This document shows positions 1-12,779 of a stretch of DNA of 64,000 nt, one piece after another; position 1 is the stretch's first letter; every line of letters starts with the position of its first letter. The DNA comes from Chiloscyllium plagiosum (Eukaryota). The notes beneath the pieces are model-generated. The model had not been told where the DNA came from and made no database searches. It saw only the letters and a list, made by a program, of their open reading frames with translations. Location of the stretch: contig NC_057718.1 in assembly GCF_004010195.1 (NCBI RefSeq), forward strand, positions 23,138,773 to 23,202,772. Direction: 5' to 3'. A program made the position numbers and the translations under genes.

Positions 1-427
1 GGAAGTCGTACGAGGGTAGGTTGAGAGTTCTCGGCCTTTTCTCGTTGGAACGGTGAAGGATGAGGGGTGACTTGATAGAGGTTTATAAGATGATCAGAGG
101 AATAGATAGAGTAGACAGTCAGAAACTTTTTCCCCGGGTACAACAGAGTGTTACAAGGGGACATAAATTTAAAGTGAAGGGTGGAAGGTATAGGGGAGAT
201 ATCATGGGTGGGTTCTTTACCCAGAGAGTGGGGTATGGGTATGGGTATGGGTGTGGGCATGGAATGCGCTGCCTGTGGGAGTGGTAGAGTCAGAATCTTT
301 GGTGACCTTTAAGCGGCAATTGGATAGGTACATGGATGGGTGCTTAAGCTAGGACAAATGTTCGGCACAACATCGTGGGCCGAAGGGCCTGTTCTGTGCT
401 GTATTGTTCTATATTCTATGTTCTATG
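1..427 (+). mobile_element. CR1-clade LINE 3' fragment (ORF2 C-terminus, 3' UTR, (TTCTATG)n tail); cut by the window start
   Basis: Translates to LGLFSLER..MRGDLIEVYKMIRGIDRVD..TRGHKFKV..FFTQRV. 3' UTR GGGCCGAAGGGCCTGTT is followed by TTCTATG repeats. Confidence 0.9.
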
Positions 428-1426
428 AAGCCCCTTCAAGGTCAGCACATCCTTCCTTAACAATGGGCTAAATATGGTCAATATTCCAAATGTGGTCTGA
501 CCAGGGCCTAATACAGCCTCAGCAATACATCACTGCTCTTATATTCCAGCCTTCCAAACTGCCAACTGAACCTATATGTTAACCGAAGCCTTTTCCAATT
601 TAGAAAATAGTCTATATCTCTATTTTCCTACCAATGTGCATAACCTCACACACTTTCTTTCCCACATCTGCCCACTCTCCTAGCCTGCCCAAGTCCTTCT
701 GCAGCCTCTTCACTTCCTCAACACTACCTGTCCCTTTACCTATCTTTGTATCATCTGCAAACTTAGCAACAGTGCCACTCAGTTCCTCTGTCCAGAACAT
801 GGATGTACAACATGAATAATTGTGGTCCCAATGTTGACCCCTGCGGAACTCCACTAGATGCTGATTACTATCCTGAGAAACACCCCTTTATTCCTACTCT
901 CTGCCTTTTGCCAGTCAACAAACCCTTATTCTAGTCGCCTGCCTCAAACATTTAATTAGCTGTGTCCTGTGTGGTCTGTTGTCAAAGGCTTTCTGGAAAA
1001 CCAATAGATTATGTCGACTGGCTCTCCTTTATCTAAATTGTTCATTACTTTCTCAAACAATTCTAATAGATTTGTCAGTCATGTCTTCCCCCTTGATGAA
1101 GCTGTGCTGACTCCGCCCTATTTTACCATGTTCTTCAAGTACTCAGCTATGTCACCTTTAATAATGGACTCTAAAATCTTACAAATGACCGAGGTCAGGT
1201 TAATCAGCCCATGGTTTTCTGTTTTCTGCCTCCTTTCATTCTTAAACAAGGGTGTTACATTAGCCATTTCCCAATCTTCTGGGACTCTCTCTGATTCCAG
1301 TAATTCCTGAAAGATCACCACCAATGTTTCGACAATCTTCACAACTATCTCCTCCAGATTCCTGGGGTGTAGTCCATCCAGTCTGGGTGATTTATCCACC
1401 TTCAGATCTTTCAACTTTCCCAGCAT
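428..1426 (-). mobile_element. Degenerate CR1 LINE ORF2 (RT) fragments
   Basis: Minus-strand ORFs give VDKSPRLDGLHPR, PEDWEMANVTPLFK, LTSVICKILESII and VAKFADDTKIG. Confidence 0.85.
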
Positions 1427-1920
1427 CCGCTCCCGTGATGGACACCCGACTCACCTCTGCCCCATGACTCTCTTCTGGGATAAAACTGAAATACTGGCCA
1501 TCACCATTTTAATTACACAACCAATGACTGCTGTAATGAGCCTCTTAGGCCAGAACTAATGGAAAAAGGAGATGATGATTATGAGACTCAGTGATGCCTC
1601 TGGTCATCAAAATCACACAGCATGTAAAATGACCATTATGCCAATTCAATAATCCACAAGTCTCAAGAAAAGATCTATTTAGTCCCTGTGCCTCTGCTCC
1701 CTTTACATGCTTTTCTTTAAGTATAGAATTTTTAACAATAAATGTTATAATAGATTTTCTTCCCATTACTATTTCTGTTAGGGCGAACTTCTCAATAAAA
1801 TCTTTCCTGTGTAATACTGGTAGCTGTTGATCCTTTCAATAAGAAAGTTAAAACTGTCGATGCCTAATCAAATCAGTGTTAATATACAGTAATTACTATT
1901 TCCTCAATATGCATTCACTC

Positions 1921-2135
1921 TGGGAGTGGGTTGGCTGGATGACTGGTTTGTGATGCAGCGTGATGCTAATAATAGGGTGCAGTTCCCTTACTAGTTCCAG
2001 TTATCACAACACCTGTCTTCTCAAACATGTCCTTCGCCTGAAACATTGGGTCCCTCAGGTTAAATTCACCCCACTTCCCCCACCCCCCAGCCGTCCTAAA
2101 TGTGAGAGCATCCTCTGAGACTGTGACTGTCACCT
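1921..2135 (+). mobile_element. Old tRNA-head SINE remnant (unclassified)
   Basis: Decayed A/B-box-like head (GGTTGGCTGGATGACTGG...GGGTGCAGTTCCC) and body CCCTCAGGTTAAATTCACC. Resembles recalled shark SINEs. Confidence 0.4.
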
Positions 2136-2225
2136 CACCTAACCTAATATTACCTATTTGTCCCACTTACATTTTTATAATAGTACTACCTCCTCCTTTA
2201 AAAATATATATTGGTTAACCAAATA

Positions 2226-2318
2226 CAGAGGAACCTTGATTATCCAACATTCAATTATCTGGAATTCAATTAACCGAATGAAATACTGCCTGTCCTTCAG
2301 ATAATTGAGGCTCCTCTG
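2226..2318. mobile_element. 93-bp Tc1/mariner (Tigger/pogo-like) MITE
   Basis: Imperfect TIRs CAGAGGAACCTTGATTATC / GATAATTGAGGCTCCTCTG flanked by TA (2224-2225, 2319-2320). Homologous to 60007-60144. Confidence 0.8.
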
Positions 2319-2476
2319 TAGTTCTAACTGCATTATGTCAACATTTTTCTTTCTTTCTTGTCACTTCAACTAAATATGATTTACAACTATTTAAATGCGT
2401 GATGCAGAGACACGGACTGGGACTAGTTGGACCCAGTGGATTGTTTCTGTGCTGTAATAGAAATGCTGTAACTGAA

Positions 2477-2960
2477 ATTAGATTGAAGAAGTTGGGGCTG
2501 TTCTCCTTGGAGAGAAGAAGTCTGAGTGGCAACTTGATCGAGGTTCGCAGAGTCATCAGACAGCTGGTTAGAGTATACTAGGCGAAAGTGGGTATTGCAG
2601 ATACTGGAGATTACAGTCAAGGTAAGAGTGGTGCTGGAAAAGCACAGAAGGTCAGGCAGCATCCGAGGAGCAGGAAAATTGACTTTTCGGGCAAAAGCCC
2701 TTCATCAGGAAAGGTTAGAGTATACTGTATAGGGAGGAGCTGTTCTCGCACATACAAGGAACATGAATGAGAGGCCAGAGACTTAAAATGGTGTGCAAAG
2801 AAGCAAGAATGGTGTGAGAAAAATCTTTTTCACACAAATAGTTGGGCATGGAAAGCACTGCTTGAAACTTTGTGAAGCAGTTTCAATTGAAATTGGTTGA
2901 ACCATTTAAATTGGAGAGGACATTTCAATAGAAATGATGTGCAGTGGTATGGGGAGAAAA
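2477..2960 (+). mobile_element. Old CR1 3' fragment interrupted by a PLE pLTR
   Basis: RLKKLGLFSLERRSLSGNLIEV. The sequence continues after the insertion at 2580-2712. Confidence 0.7.
2580..2712 (-). mobile_element. Solo Penelope-like pLTR (family A) with HHR motif and 14-bp TSD
   Basis: Minus strand begins TTCCTGATGAAGGGCTTTTGCCCGAAAAGTC. TSD GGTTAGAGTATACT at 2566-2579 and 2713-2726. Same sequence as the terminus of the PLE at 20633. Confidence 0.85.
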
Positions 2961-4340
2961 ACACTTGTGTCTCAGCTGAGGGCTTAAAGTTTCCAAAAGA
3001 TTGGTGGAGAGGCCACCTCTGTGTTGAAACCTCCACTCTGACATTTACCTCCCATTACAGCCTGTTGTTCGTCTTGAGCTGGAAAACCTCAAACTGCCCC
3101 TTGATCTCTGAAAGTCAGCCTGTTGCCCTTATCTGGATGTGGAACCTGACTTCTTATGAAAGACACGGTCCTTCCATCAAAATCCTAGTGAGAGACAGTT
3201 TCTGGACTCTGGTATTTTTCTCGTACTTCTCTCGTACTGTAAACTGATGGCAGCTTGGTGCTTTATGTTTTATTCCCCTTAGCCAATATGTTTTAAAACC
3301 ATGTTTAAACATATCCGGAGCATTTTGTTTTCGTGCTGTCAGTCACAAGCTGTAATCCTTTGTTATTGCTGGAAGTGCAGGGGAGGCTTTTAGAAAGGCA
3401 TTTTCAATATATCATTATAAATAGCTGTTAAAAATTAATTTCCCTCGGTTCTTCCATACTCTGAACAGTTCTTTTCTGGGAGGCCAGGTGGGTGACCACT
3501 TCCCTGTCTCTGCCATTGTCACCCTGAAACCATTAGCAAAGAGGTGTGTATTAATGAGAGGGAGTGATTCATCCTTGTAATTCTTTTATAACCCTTCTCT
3601 TTGGGAGTCTGCCTGGCACTTCTGTTCAGTGCCATGGGCAAGATTGATGAGGAGAACAGCGACACCGCAAACCTCCATCTCAATAGTTAATGAGAAATCG
3701 GATCCCTAACAAGCTACTGGAAAATTATAAATCAGCTGAAAGAACATTCTGGAAACGTGGCATGAGAACGCAACACCTCCTAGCTCACAGCATCATTTTA
3801 TTCAATGCACTGCTTGTCAAAAGTGTATTGTTGAAGCTTCAAGACGATTGTTCTGATTGGTCAGGGGACTGCAGTGATTTATAAATTGTCAGTATCGGCA
3901 CTGTTCATCTTCTCAAATTGCTTCTCTGCATGAAAATTGGTTTCACTCATGCAAATCATTGTCGGAATAAAAGCTGTTAAATAACACTATGATTATACAG
4001 GGAACTAGCATCCATCATGACTTTCAAACCCATTTTAATCTTTCGGTGAACAGTGTGCAGCCTTATATATTAACTTGAAAGCCATCCTTCCCTTTCTTGA
4101 ATTAACATAAATTTGTAATGAGCTGGGAATCTGTTGATTTATAGTTGCTTAAATACCATGGCTAACTCACAAAAATGCCAACCCACAGAGCTGCATTCTG
4201 GGCAGGATACGACATTTATATTATGTTACATTTCAGCAGTGGAATGCAAGCTCAAAATGATGAAAAACATTGGATGCGATATGCCAGTTGTTGTTTGGTG
4301 GCACAGAACATGAGTATTCCTGCAATTGAAAACACATTTG

Positions 4341-4720
4341 GTCGAACCTTTCAGACTTGCACTCATCAGGACATTTTGCAAGAATTCAAATTCATGTGGA
4401 AAAAGCAGCATCTATATTGCATGAGAGGAGAATGCTGATTGGCTAGCAGGTAGACTCTGATTGATAGAGATATTTTCATGGGGAACGTACACATTAATGC
4501 TGATTGACAGTTAATGCCAGGCTGTGTGGAATCTTAAACCAGGCCTGTTGACTCTGATTGGTCAGGGTAATTCCCTGAGAAATAAGTCAATGAATCATTG
4601 TCACTTATGTTGTTGAGTTGAAACAGAAGTAATGTGTCTACTTGTTCCTTCTGTTTGCAAAGAGCAGGGTCCTGTATATTAGCTTTGTAGCTACCAGTGC
4701 TCAGAAGTGGACCACACTAC
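4341..4720 (-). mobile_element. Old PLE (family C) 3' region with degenerate HHR
   Basis: Homologous to 59195-59680 (GAGAATGCTGATTGG..GTAGACTCTGATTGATAG). Minus strand reads GTCCTGATGAGTGCAAGTCTGAAAGGTTCGAC at 4341-4372. Confidence 0.55.
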
Positions 4721-5033
4721 AGGCAAGATGGTGAGAAAGATTTTAATTGGTAGAAATGCTGTGAGGTGTCAGAAGTGGGTGTTGACAGTGACATAGTGAA
4801 AGTCATCAAATTCATTTTCCTGAAAAAGAATATACAGTCCAGAAATTCAAATTTTGTGTACTTCACAAAATCACAGAAGCCCAGAATTATTGCAGTGCAG
4901 GAAAGAACCATTTGGCTCACTGTTTCTCCCGTAGCACTTCGAGCAATTTGCCTTCGTACCAAACACTTGCCTTTTATTCCCCAGAATCCAGCACATTGTT
5001 TTGTTTCTCTTTAAGTAGAAGTAGAATGAATAT

Positions 5034-5090
5034 TCTTTATTGACACGAGTAATCAAGTGCAGAAGTACAGGAGTACAGTGAAAAGTAATC
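5034..5090 (-). mobile_element. Rex1/Babar-like LINE 3' tail remnant
   Basis: Reverse complement CTTTTCACTGTACTCC...CGTGTCAATAAA resembles the tail at 26224-26380. Confidence 0.35.
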
Positions 5091-5236
5091 ATTGAATGCT
5101 CGCTTGAATGCCTCAGCCTGAATATCCTGATGAGTGCCTCCACCACACTTTTGGACAGCACATTGCAGACCTAAACAACTTGGGAAATAATTTTTTCTCA
5201 CCTCTCATTTATTTCATTTTAGAAGCATTTTAAAAG

Positions 5237-5542
5237 CATGGTTGGCATGGTGACTCAGTGGTTAACACTGCTGCCTCACAGCACCAGGGTCCCAGGTTCA
5301 ATTCCAGCCTTGGGTGACTGTCTGTGTGGAGTTTGCACATTCTCCCAGTGTCTGCGTGGGTTTCCTCCGGGTGCTCTGGTTTCCTCCCAAAGGTCAGGTG
5401 AATTGGCCATGCTAAATTGTCCATAGTGTTAGGTGCATTAGTCAGAGGGAAATGGGTCTGGGTGGGTTACTCTTTGGAGGATCAGTGTGGACTTGTTGGG
5501 CCGAAGGGCCTGTTTCCACACTGTAGGGAATCTAAATCTAAA
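5237..5542 (+). mobile_element. HE1-type V-SINE
   Basis: tRNA-like A/B boxes, V-domain TGTGTGGAGTTTGCACATTCTCCC..., LINE-derived tail GGGCCGAAGGGCCTGTTTCC and AATCT repeats. Confidence 0.9.
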
Positions 5543-5925
5543 AACTGTGCGCTGCAGTTTTACTACAGGGAATAGTTTCTCCTTATTAACTCTGTCCAGA
5601 CCTCTCATACTTTTGAAAATCTCCCCTCAACCTTATCCTCTTGAAGGACAACAATCCTTGTACACAACTGATACAAGTGAATTCTTGTCTTTATCATTTC
5701 TTTTATCAATCCATCTTTGTTCACTAAAATTAAGAAAGTTCTCATTGTCTTGCTAATAGTAACTTTAATGAATCCCCCTCCAATTGTTTAGCTTCCATCT
5801 GGTACTAAATGACCAGTTCTTTAACCTGAGGTCTCTATTCTTGACCTCCTTCCAAGTAAAATATCCTCCCAGCATCCAGCCTGTCATTGTGCATATTCTC
5901 CTCTAGCACTGGACTTGGTTGGTAA

Positions 5926-6020
5926 TTAGATTAGATTAGATTCCCCACAATGTGGAAACAGGCCCTTCACCCAACAAGTCCACACTGACCCTCTGAAGAG
6001 CGACCCAACCAGACCCAATG
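5926..6020 (-). mobile_element. HE1 SINE 3' fragment
   Basis: (TTAGA)n followed by GTGGAAACAGGCCCTTC..CAACAAGTCCACAC. Confidence 0.8.
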
Positions 6021-6538
6021 CCGAGAAGGTTTGGAGAATTACCGACAACACTGTGAGGAGCTTACTGCCATTGAGAGTGAAGTCTCATTTTACTATCAAG
6101 TGCTGAATGACAACATATAGTTCTCTCAAGAGAGCAGTGAGTGGCCTGTTTGCATGTATTAATATGCATTGGCATCCTCAATATTGTGTCATGTCACCTC
6201 GCCTCGTTGATATAGAGATTCCCATTCTCCCAGGATAGAAACTTGACGGCAACTGTCCCCAGCATGAAAATCAGAGTGAGTTACCTGACAACTTCACTTT
6301 GTCACTCACTCTTCCAGATACCCATCAGTCAGTGGATATTCAGCATCTCAATGGGAGCACCATCGGCAACGACTGCAAGGGAACCCCATCTAGTAGGCCC
6401 TCGATGTCCCCATCAGCAAAGCAAGATGCCAATTACCCTCTTTCTGGCATATCCAGGGCAAATAAAATAACCCAAGCTGAGCAGCTGTGAGCCACCAACG
6501 CTTGATTGTGTCCACGGCTGGGCATTAAAGATGGTGCC

Positions 6539-6660
6539 TGAAACAACTGCACAGAGGCCAGTATCCCATCACCAAGTCACCCTTTATTGACATGTGCATT
6601 ATAACACTGGTTGTGGCCAGCCAGCTCAGAGTCAGTCCCTCAAGTCAGCTGTCTCTCTCA
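6539..6660 (-). mobile_element. Probable solo-LTR fragment (Gypsy-like)
   Basis: Minus strand AATAAAGGGTGACTTGGTGATGGGATACTGGCCTCTGTGCAGTTGTTTCA has a polyA signal and ends in CA. No TSD confirmed. Confidence 0.35.
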
Positions 6661-7916
6661 CTTAGGGGAAGCAGGTGGCCAGTGTTGGTATTCCTGCTGC
6701 TGTTTCAGTGCCCAATGTTTTGCACTTTCAGCAGTGTTTATTGTCTTTCTCTCTAATGTTTCAGTAACAGCTAGTCAGTTTGTCTGAAATTTGATCATTT
6801 TTGTTAATGTTTTCCTGCTTTTTAGTTAGCATAGCCTAGTTGATTAAACAAATTAGCTGCACACAGTATGTCATGGAGCATAATGCAAGCTCCTAAACAA
6901 GAGTTATAGAAAGATTGTGTTACACACTGTCCTTTTTACAGTAAAGTAAAAGTAGGAAAACATCACTATACAAGACAATGCGACTTCACTTCATATCTTT
7001 AACATTTTACTATGTTCTGTGTAAAATGTGACAGATTCGTGGCTCATGCTTTAAATTGAAATTTTAAAAAATTAAATTACATTTTATTAAAATTTATGCT
7101 TTAACTCAAAACTTCAGTTGCAATTATCAGCCTTAAATGGCAGTCTATACAGTTTTTAAAATTGCAAGTTTATTGTTTTAAGTGTGAGATGAGATTGGAT
7201 CATTAAAGTTAATGTTTTCTTCATTTATGCTTTTTCCACTCTAGCAGAAGTTTCAAGGTTATTTATTGAACAGATTTGGGGCTCCATATGCATTGTTAAC
7301 TTACATTTCCATATGTAAAAAATGTTATACAGTGCAAAATTAACATTTGATCACAGTTAATGCATTAATAAATTTACACATTGAAGGTTATATTTAGTTT
7401 TCGCCATGATATGTGTGAAAAAATATTAGCATAGGAGTATCTGCTGAAGTTGAATTACCAAGCTTAAGATCAATATGTTTCAATTTGAGGAAAGTCTGAC
7501 TAAATAGTGATAAAGAAAGTTGTTTGCATTTAAATTAGAGTTTAGCTGATTAGTTCACTGCAAAGGGCAAAGAGCCAATATCCAGAATATTATGTTTCAG
7601 CTGTTTTGTAATACATATATCTTTGACCAAACTCTTTTTCACCTGGCTTCATGTCTCCTTACTTGGCTCAGTGTTAAGTGTTAGTTGATACTCACATGAA
7701 GCACCTTATTATAATTTTCTGTGTTAAAATTACCACTCAGTAGCAACTTTCTGCTGTGGTACCATTTTTCTTCATAAGCAAGAGAGTTGCCTCGCCCTCT
7801 GGTGTAGTCAGAATGTCTTGTATTCACTCAGATGTAAATGGCAGTTTGCTGAAAACAAACTCCCATTACTTAGGGTTATCACTGATGTTTCCAGTAAAAA
7901 AAAGACAAGCACAAAC

Positions 7917-8473
7917 AATGTTGGAATATTGCGTGCAATTCTGGTCTCCTTCCTATCGGAAAGATGTGAAACTTGAAAAGGTTCAGAAATGATTTACAAG
8001 GATGTTGCCAGGGTTGGAGGATCTGAGCTACGGGGAGAGGCTGAACAGGCTGGGGCTGTTTTCCCTGGAGCATCGGAGGCTGAGGGGTGACCTTATAGAG
8101 GTTTACAAAATTATGAGGGGCATGAATAGGATAATTAGGCAAAGTCTTTTCCCTGGGGTCGGGGAGTCCAGAACTAGAGGGCATAGGTTTAGGGTGAGAG
8201 GGGAAAGGTATAAAAGAGACCTAAGGGGCAACTTTTTCACGCAGAGGATGGTACGTGTATGGAATAAGCTGCCAGAGGATGTGGTGGAGGCTGGTACAAT
8301 TGCATCATTTTAGAGGCATTTGGATGGGTATATGAATAGGAAAGGTTTAGAGGGATATGGGCTGGGTGCTGGCAGGTGGGACTAGATTGGGTTGAGATGT
8401 TTGGTCGGCATGGACGGGTTGGACCGTGGGTCTGTTTCCAAGCTGTACATCTCTCTGACTCTATGACTCTATA
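7917..8473 (+). mobile_element. HER1/CR1 LINE, 5'-truncated
   Basis: LEYCVQFWSP, LSYGERLNRLGLFSLEHRRLRGDLIEVYKIMRG and FFTQRMVRVWNKLP. (ACTCTATG)n tail. Confidence 0.92.
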
Positions 8474-8574
8474 ATATTATAGGACAGATGATCAAAAGCT
8501 TGGGCAGAGAGGTAGGTTTTAAGAAGCATCTTCCTTGGAGGAACATGAAATAAACAGAGCAGGAATTTAAGAAG

Positions 8575-8685
8575 GGAGAAAGTGAGGACTGCAGATGCTG
8601 GAGATCAGAGCTGAAAATGTGTTGCTGGAAAAGCGCAGCAGGTCAGGCAGCATCCAAGGAACAGGAGAATCGACGTTTCGGGCAT
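8575..8685 (-). mobile_element. PLE pLTR (family A), truncated inside HHR stem II
   Basis: GGAGAAAGTGAGGACTGCAGATGCTGG...GAATCGACGTTTCGGGCAT. Confidence 0.85.
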
Positions 8686-9836
8686 GAGCTAAACTAAGAT
8701 TGTGAATACTGAAGCTTTGTTCACAGGAATTCCTTTACCATAGGAACAGCATTAATTGAGGTTCCATGGTCTGTGTTAATCAATTACCTTTTTTCAAGTG
8801 ATAACAATATTTTATATTAGGAGTTTTCGTGGCAACAAAGAGGTCAGAAATGATCACCTAACTTGCAGAACCTACAGCACCATATTTGGCAGCAAACCAT
8901 TAGGCCATGCATCCCTTTCCGCATCATTCTGGAAGTAGTATGAAGATATTCCTTGAGAAAACCCAGGAGAACCTGTTGGTGTGTTTAAGCCGGGGTACAG
9001 AGGTCAGGGAGCACTGAATACACAGCAAAACAAAGCTGCTTACGGGTTGCTGAAAAGTGATTTTTGTTTCTTTGTTCATCAGTCAGTGGAGGAAATATCA
9101 GTACCTAACAGTTCCACAGAAGCCTTTGGTGATGAAGCCCAGGGATGTTCAGAGTAAATGATACACTGTCTGGGGCTATATCATATTACTCAAAGTATTG
9201 TTCTCCTTCACTGTGATATCTCATACGAAAAAAGAAATGCCTGCTACCTGTTAGTTTAGAAATTGAAATGACTGCTACAGGAGATATTTAAAAGTTCAAG
9301 CAGATGTGTGTTTATATACAGACAGTGCACCACAGCGTTAATCAATTCTTTAATTAAGAAGTCAATGTCGTGGTGCAATCACTCCAGTTTGATCTGACAG
9401 CACTACTGGTTGTTTTTGCTTATATTCATGAAGTACTTAAGCACCTATGTTCTTTCCACTGGTTTTCTTCTCTCTCTCCACTGCCATTATGCATTACAGT
9501 GAAAAAAAAACTTGCTTTCTGTGGTAAGGATCCACAGCAGCTGAAAAAGCTTTAACCATCTGTGTCCAATGCAACATTTGCCAACAAGTCTACTGGACAA
9601 CAGAGAAGACAGTGTAAAGCATGTTGGTGTTAGTTCAGTTTAAAATTTAAATTGGATTCTTGTTTCTGAACACAATCAAGCATATTCTGTTAAAAACAAA
9701 AATTAATTCTTTGGATTATATATGAGAACAAAATGATAGCCTACCTCTGTGGTCTTGTTGAACATTGAAGTCTACTCTGAACCACCATGATAGATGATTT
9801 GGGTAAAATAAAATATGGCTGCCATCACCACTGGAA

Positions 9837-10136
9837 TTTTTTTTATTCATTCACGGGACATGGGCTAGCATTTATTGCCCATTCCTAATTGCCAGAGGGA
9901 AGTGAAAAATCAATATATTGCTGTGGGTCTGGAGTCACATGTCGGCCAGACTGGGTCAGGATGTCAGCTTCCTTCCCTAAAGGACATCAATGAACCAGAT
10001 GGGTCTTGCAGCAATGGTTTCATGCTCATCATTACATTCTTAATTCAATATTATTGAATTCAAATTCCACAATCTGTTCTGGCAGGATTCAAATCTAGGT
10101 CCCCGGAACATCATCTGAATCTCTGGATTGTGATCA
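9837..10136 (-). mobile_element. tRNA-derived SINE family B
   Basis: Homologous to 23100-23685, 44918-45172 and 63325-63673 (GGAGTCACATGT, CCCTAAAGGACAT, GAATTCAAATT). Confidence 0.75.
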
Positions 10137-10515
10137 TAAAAGCAAAGAGCTATGGAAATCTGAAACAAATTCAGAAAGTGCTGGAGAAACTCAGCAGGTC
10201 CAGCAGCATTTGTAGAGAGAAAAACAGTTAACATTTTGAGTCCAGTGAGCCTAAGTCAGAATGGAATGGAATGGAGTCCTTGAAGAGGCAGGACTTGAGG
10301 ATATGTAGTTAAGATAACTTTGGGAGTCAATTAGCTTAAAGTGAATATCCTTTGATAATCTCTCTCTCCAAAAAAAAATGAAGACAGAGTAAGGGAAAGG
10401 AAGAATTGGAGATGGACCATGAAGAAGGTAAGGAAAGGATAGAAACTGAAAGCAAAATTGATGCAATGTTTCAGTTCAAGGTGAGAGCACGAAACAGCAC
10501 TGAGATAATGAAGGA
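10137..10515 (-). mobile_element. Old PLE (family B): pLTR plus degenerate RT fragment
   Basis: pLTR at 10137-10250. Minus-strand ORFs SAVSCSHLELKHCINFAFSFYP and RLSKDIHFKLIDSQSYLNYISSSPAS match the post-YIDD/thumb region of PLE RT. Confidence 0.65.
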
Positions 10516-11399
10516 TTGGGTACTGCTGCCGCACTTCAATAAGTGAACTCGCTAGATTTACTTAATTTCCAACATGTTGAGTCTTCCTTTTCCTGGGACT
10601 TTCTTCTTTTCTTATATTCTCCGTTGCAAAAGGTTGAGGTTTTCTTTCAAGTCCTTTAATATTTTGTTTTACTCCATGCTGTTCTGTCAGAGAGACAGCG
10701 TGACTTGGATTCCAATTAAATTGAAGCATTGATACCTAGCAGTGATGTGTTCCCACAGCTGTGAATTACACTGCATGTCGGACAATGGTGCATCTATCTG
10801 ATTAGATTGACAGCTGCATGTCTTTCACATCTAATCTTTATGGTAATAGGTTATTGATTAGAAATTGATTGAGGAGTTCAAGCATCAAGCATGAAACTAC
10901 TTCGTGGTCTCTGGAATGTCCTAACTTTAATCAATAACTTCTTCTTTCTACTTATTTGTTTTCTCACCATGCAGCAGAAAATCGACACTTTTCACAGCGC
11001 ACTGTTCAGCCCACGCTATGAAACTGACAAAATAAGTATCGTGGGGAATCGGCATCAATGCACAAAGCAAATGCCTTAAGATTGGACAAGGCATCACGGT
11101 TTGGTGCCTGTGTAATTAAGCCACCCCTGGCCATCCAAAAGGAATGCTTTCCAGAATGATTTCCAACATATTTTACAATGGACCCATCCCTTCAAATGTG
11201 ATATTGTGCTGTGTGTGATTGTAAAGGAAGGAAAGGTAGGGTTTGACCGAACCAGACGATAGCCTGGACTAGGTTTGCTTGCCTATGGAGGTTGGGGAGC
11301 AGTTTGAAAGAGGAGTTTCACAGATTTCTCCCCAAAATAGGCACAGGATTTTATTTGTTTCTCACCTTTCTGAAGAGATCACAATCTGTGATGGGGATA

Positions 11400-11740
11400 C
11401 TCAAAATCTTGAGGGTCTGGACAGAGCAGGTAGGGAGAAGATGTTCTCATCTATGAAAAGATGAGAATGAGAAGACAGAGATTTAAAGTGATTGGTGACA
11501 TGAGGAAAACATTTTCTTAACGCCTTTAAGTTCTGGAATACAGTGCTTGGGAGCTTGGTGGAGGCAGGTTCAGCTGAAACACCCAGAGGGAATTAGACTG
11601 TAACCTAAGGAGCAGTAAGGTGCAGATTATAGGGAAAAGGCAGGGGGATGACATGAGATGAAATGCACATTTGGACTTCCAGCATAGATATGATGGGCTG
11701 AACAGCCCACTCCTACACTGTTATACCTCCAGGACTGTGA
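11400..11740 (+). mobile_element. Old CR1 3' fragment
   Basis: GLDRAGREKMF, TGGTGGAGGCAGGTTC and 3' UTR TGATGGGCTGAACAGCC. Confidence 0.6.
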
Positions 11741-12779
11741 TTTTCATTTTGGATGGGAAGTATCATAAGACCAGAAAACCTTTTTCTACCCATCATCATT
11801 AGTATATCATATTTCTACTTGGTCAGATAAACTTATTTCAGTAAGATGGGTATTCATAAGATTAATTGATATACAATAGAGCTTGAACATATTGTTACCC
11901 CGAAATAGCGTTTTGCAAAAATACAAAGTGTGACCATGATTTGAATTCTTATGCCAATCCTCCACAGGTATTGGTGGTATCTTGGAGCCAGGAAGAAGGC
12001 TGAGAGATGGGATAGATTTGTACAGGTGAGGATTTGTTGAGTTTAACAGTTGGACCTGCTTTAAATGTCCTCAATAGATTTTCTGCCTGACAGTTAGATT
12101 CACAGGCTTTGTCAGTCTGGCTGGAGTGAAGGCAAGAATATTTTAAGTCAGAGGGGTGCACTAATTCTTTCTTGTCCCAATCCTCCAGATGTTGTGACAA
12201 ATGTTAAATTTTACCAGGTTGATGACACAGCCAATTATATAGCTTTTAGACTATATCTGGTTTTGTGTTAAAACAAAATTCAGCCTGGCTTCTTTAGCCA
12301 AAGGTTAATGAGTTTATTACAGATACAGCTAACTCAAACAAACATGGAAAGATTTTTGACAAAGAATGCTTTGGACTGTACGAAAATAGATTTGACTTAT
12401 ATTCTAACATGTAAAACATCTAAGGTGAGGCAAATACAGGAAATAAATGATGGTTGATTACCCCATGGAACACATCAAACAGCAAATATGATCAAGATCA
12501 GCCATCAACTAGACATCAGTAGTACCCTGAGTCATCAATCTCATTGAAAATTCACAAGGAAGTATGATTCTTCAATTTTGATGAAACTTCCCAGTTACTA
12601 GGCAGAATTGATATAGCAACCCAATAATCAAATGCAGCATTCCTTTGGAATGTAGCCTGCTCTCTGAATGTTACAATGTCCACTGACTGCTGGCTCCGAC
12701 AGCACAAATTACAAGCAGAAAAATGAAGGATTCATTATAATCATGACAAAATAAATCCAAACCCATGGGCATGGAGATC

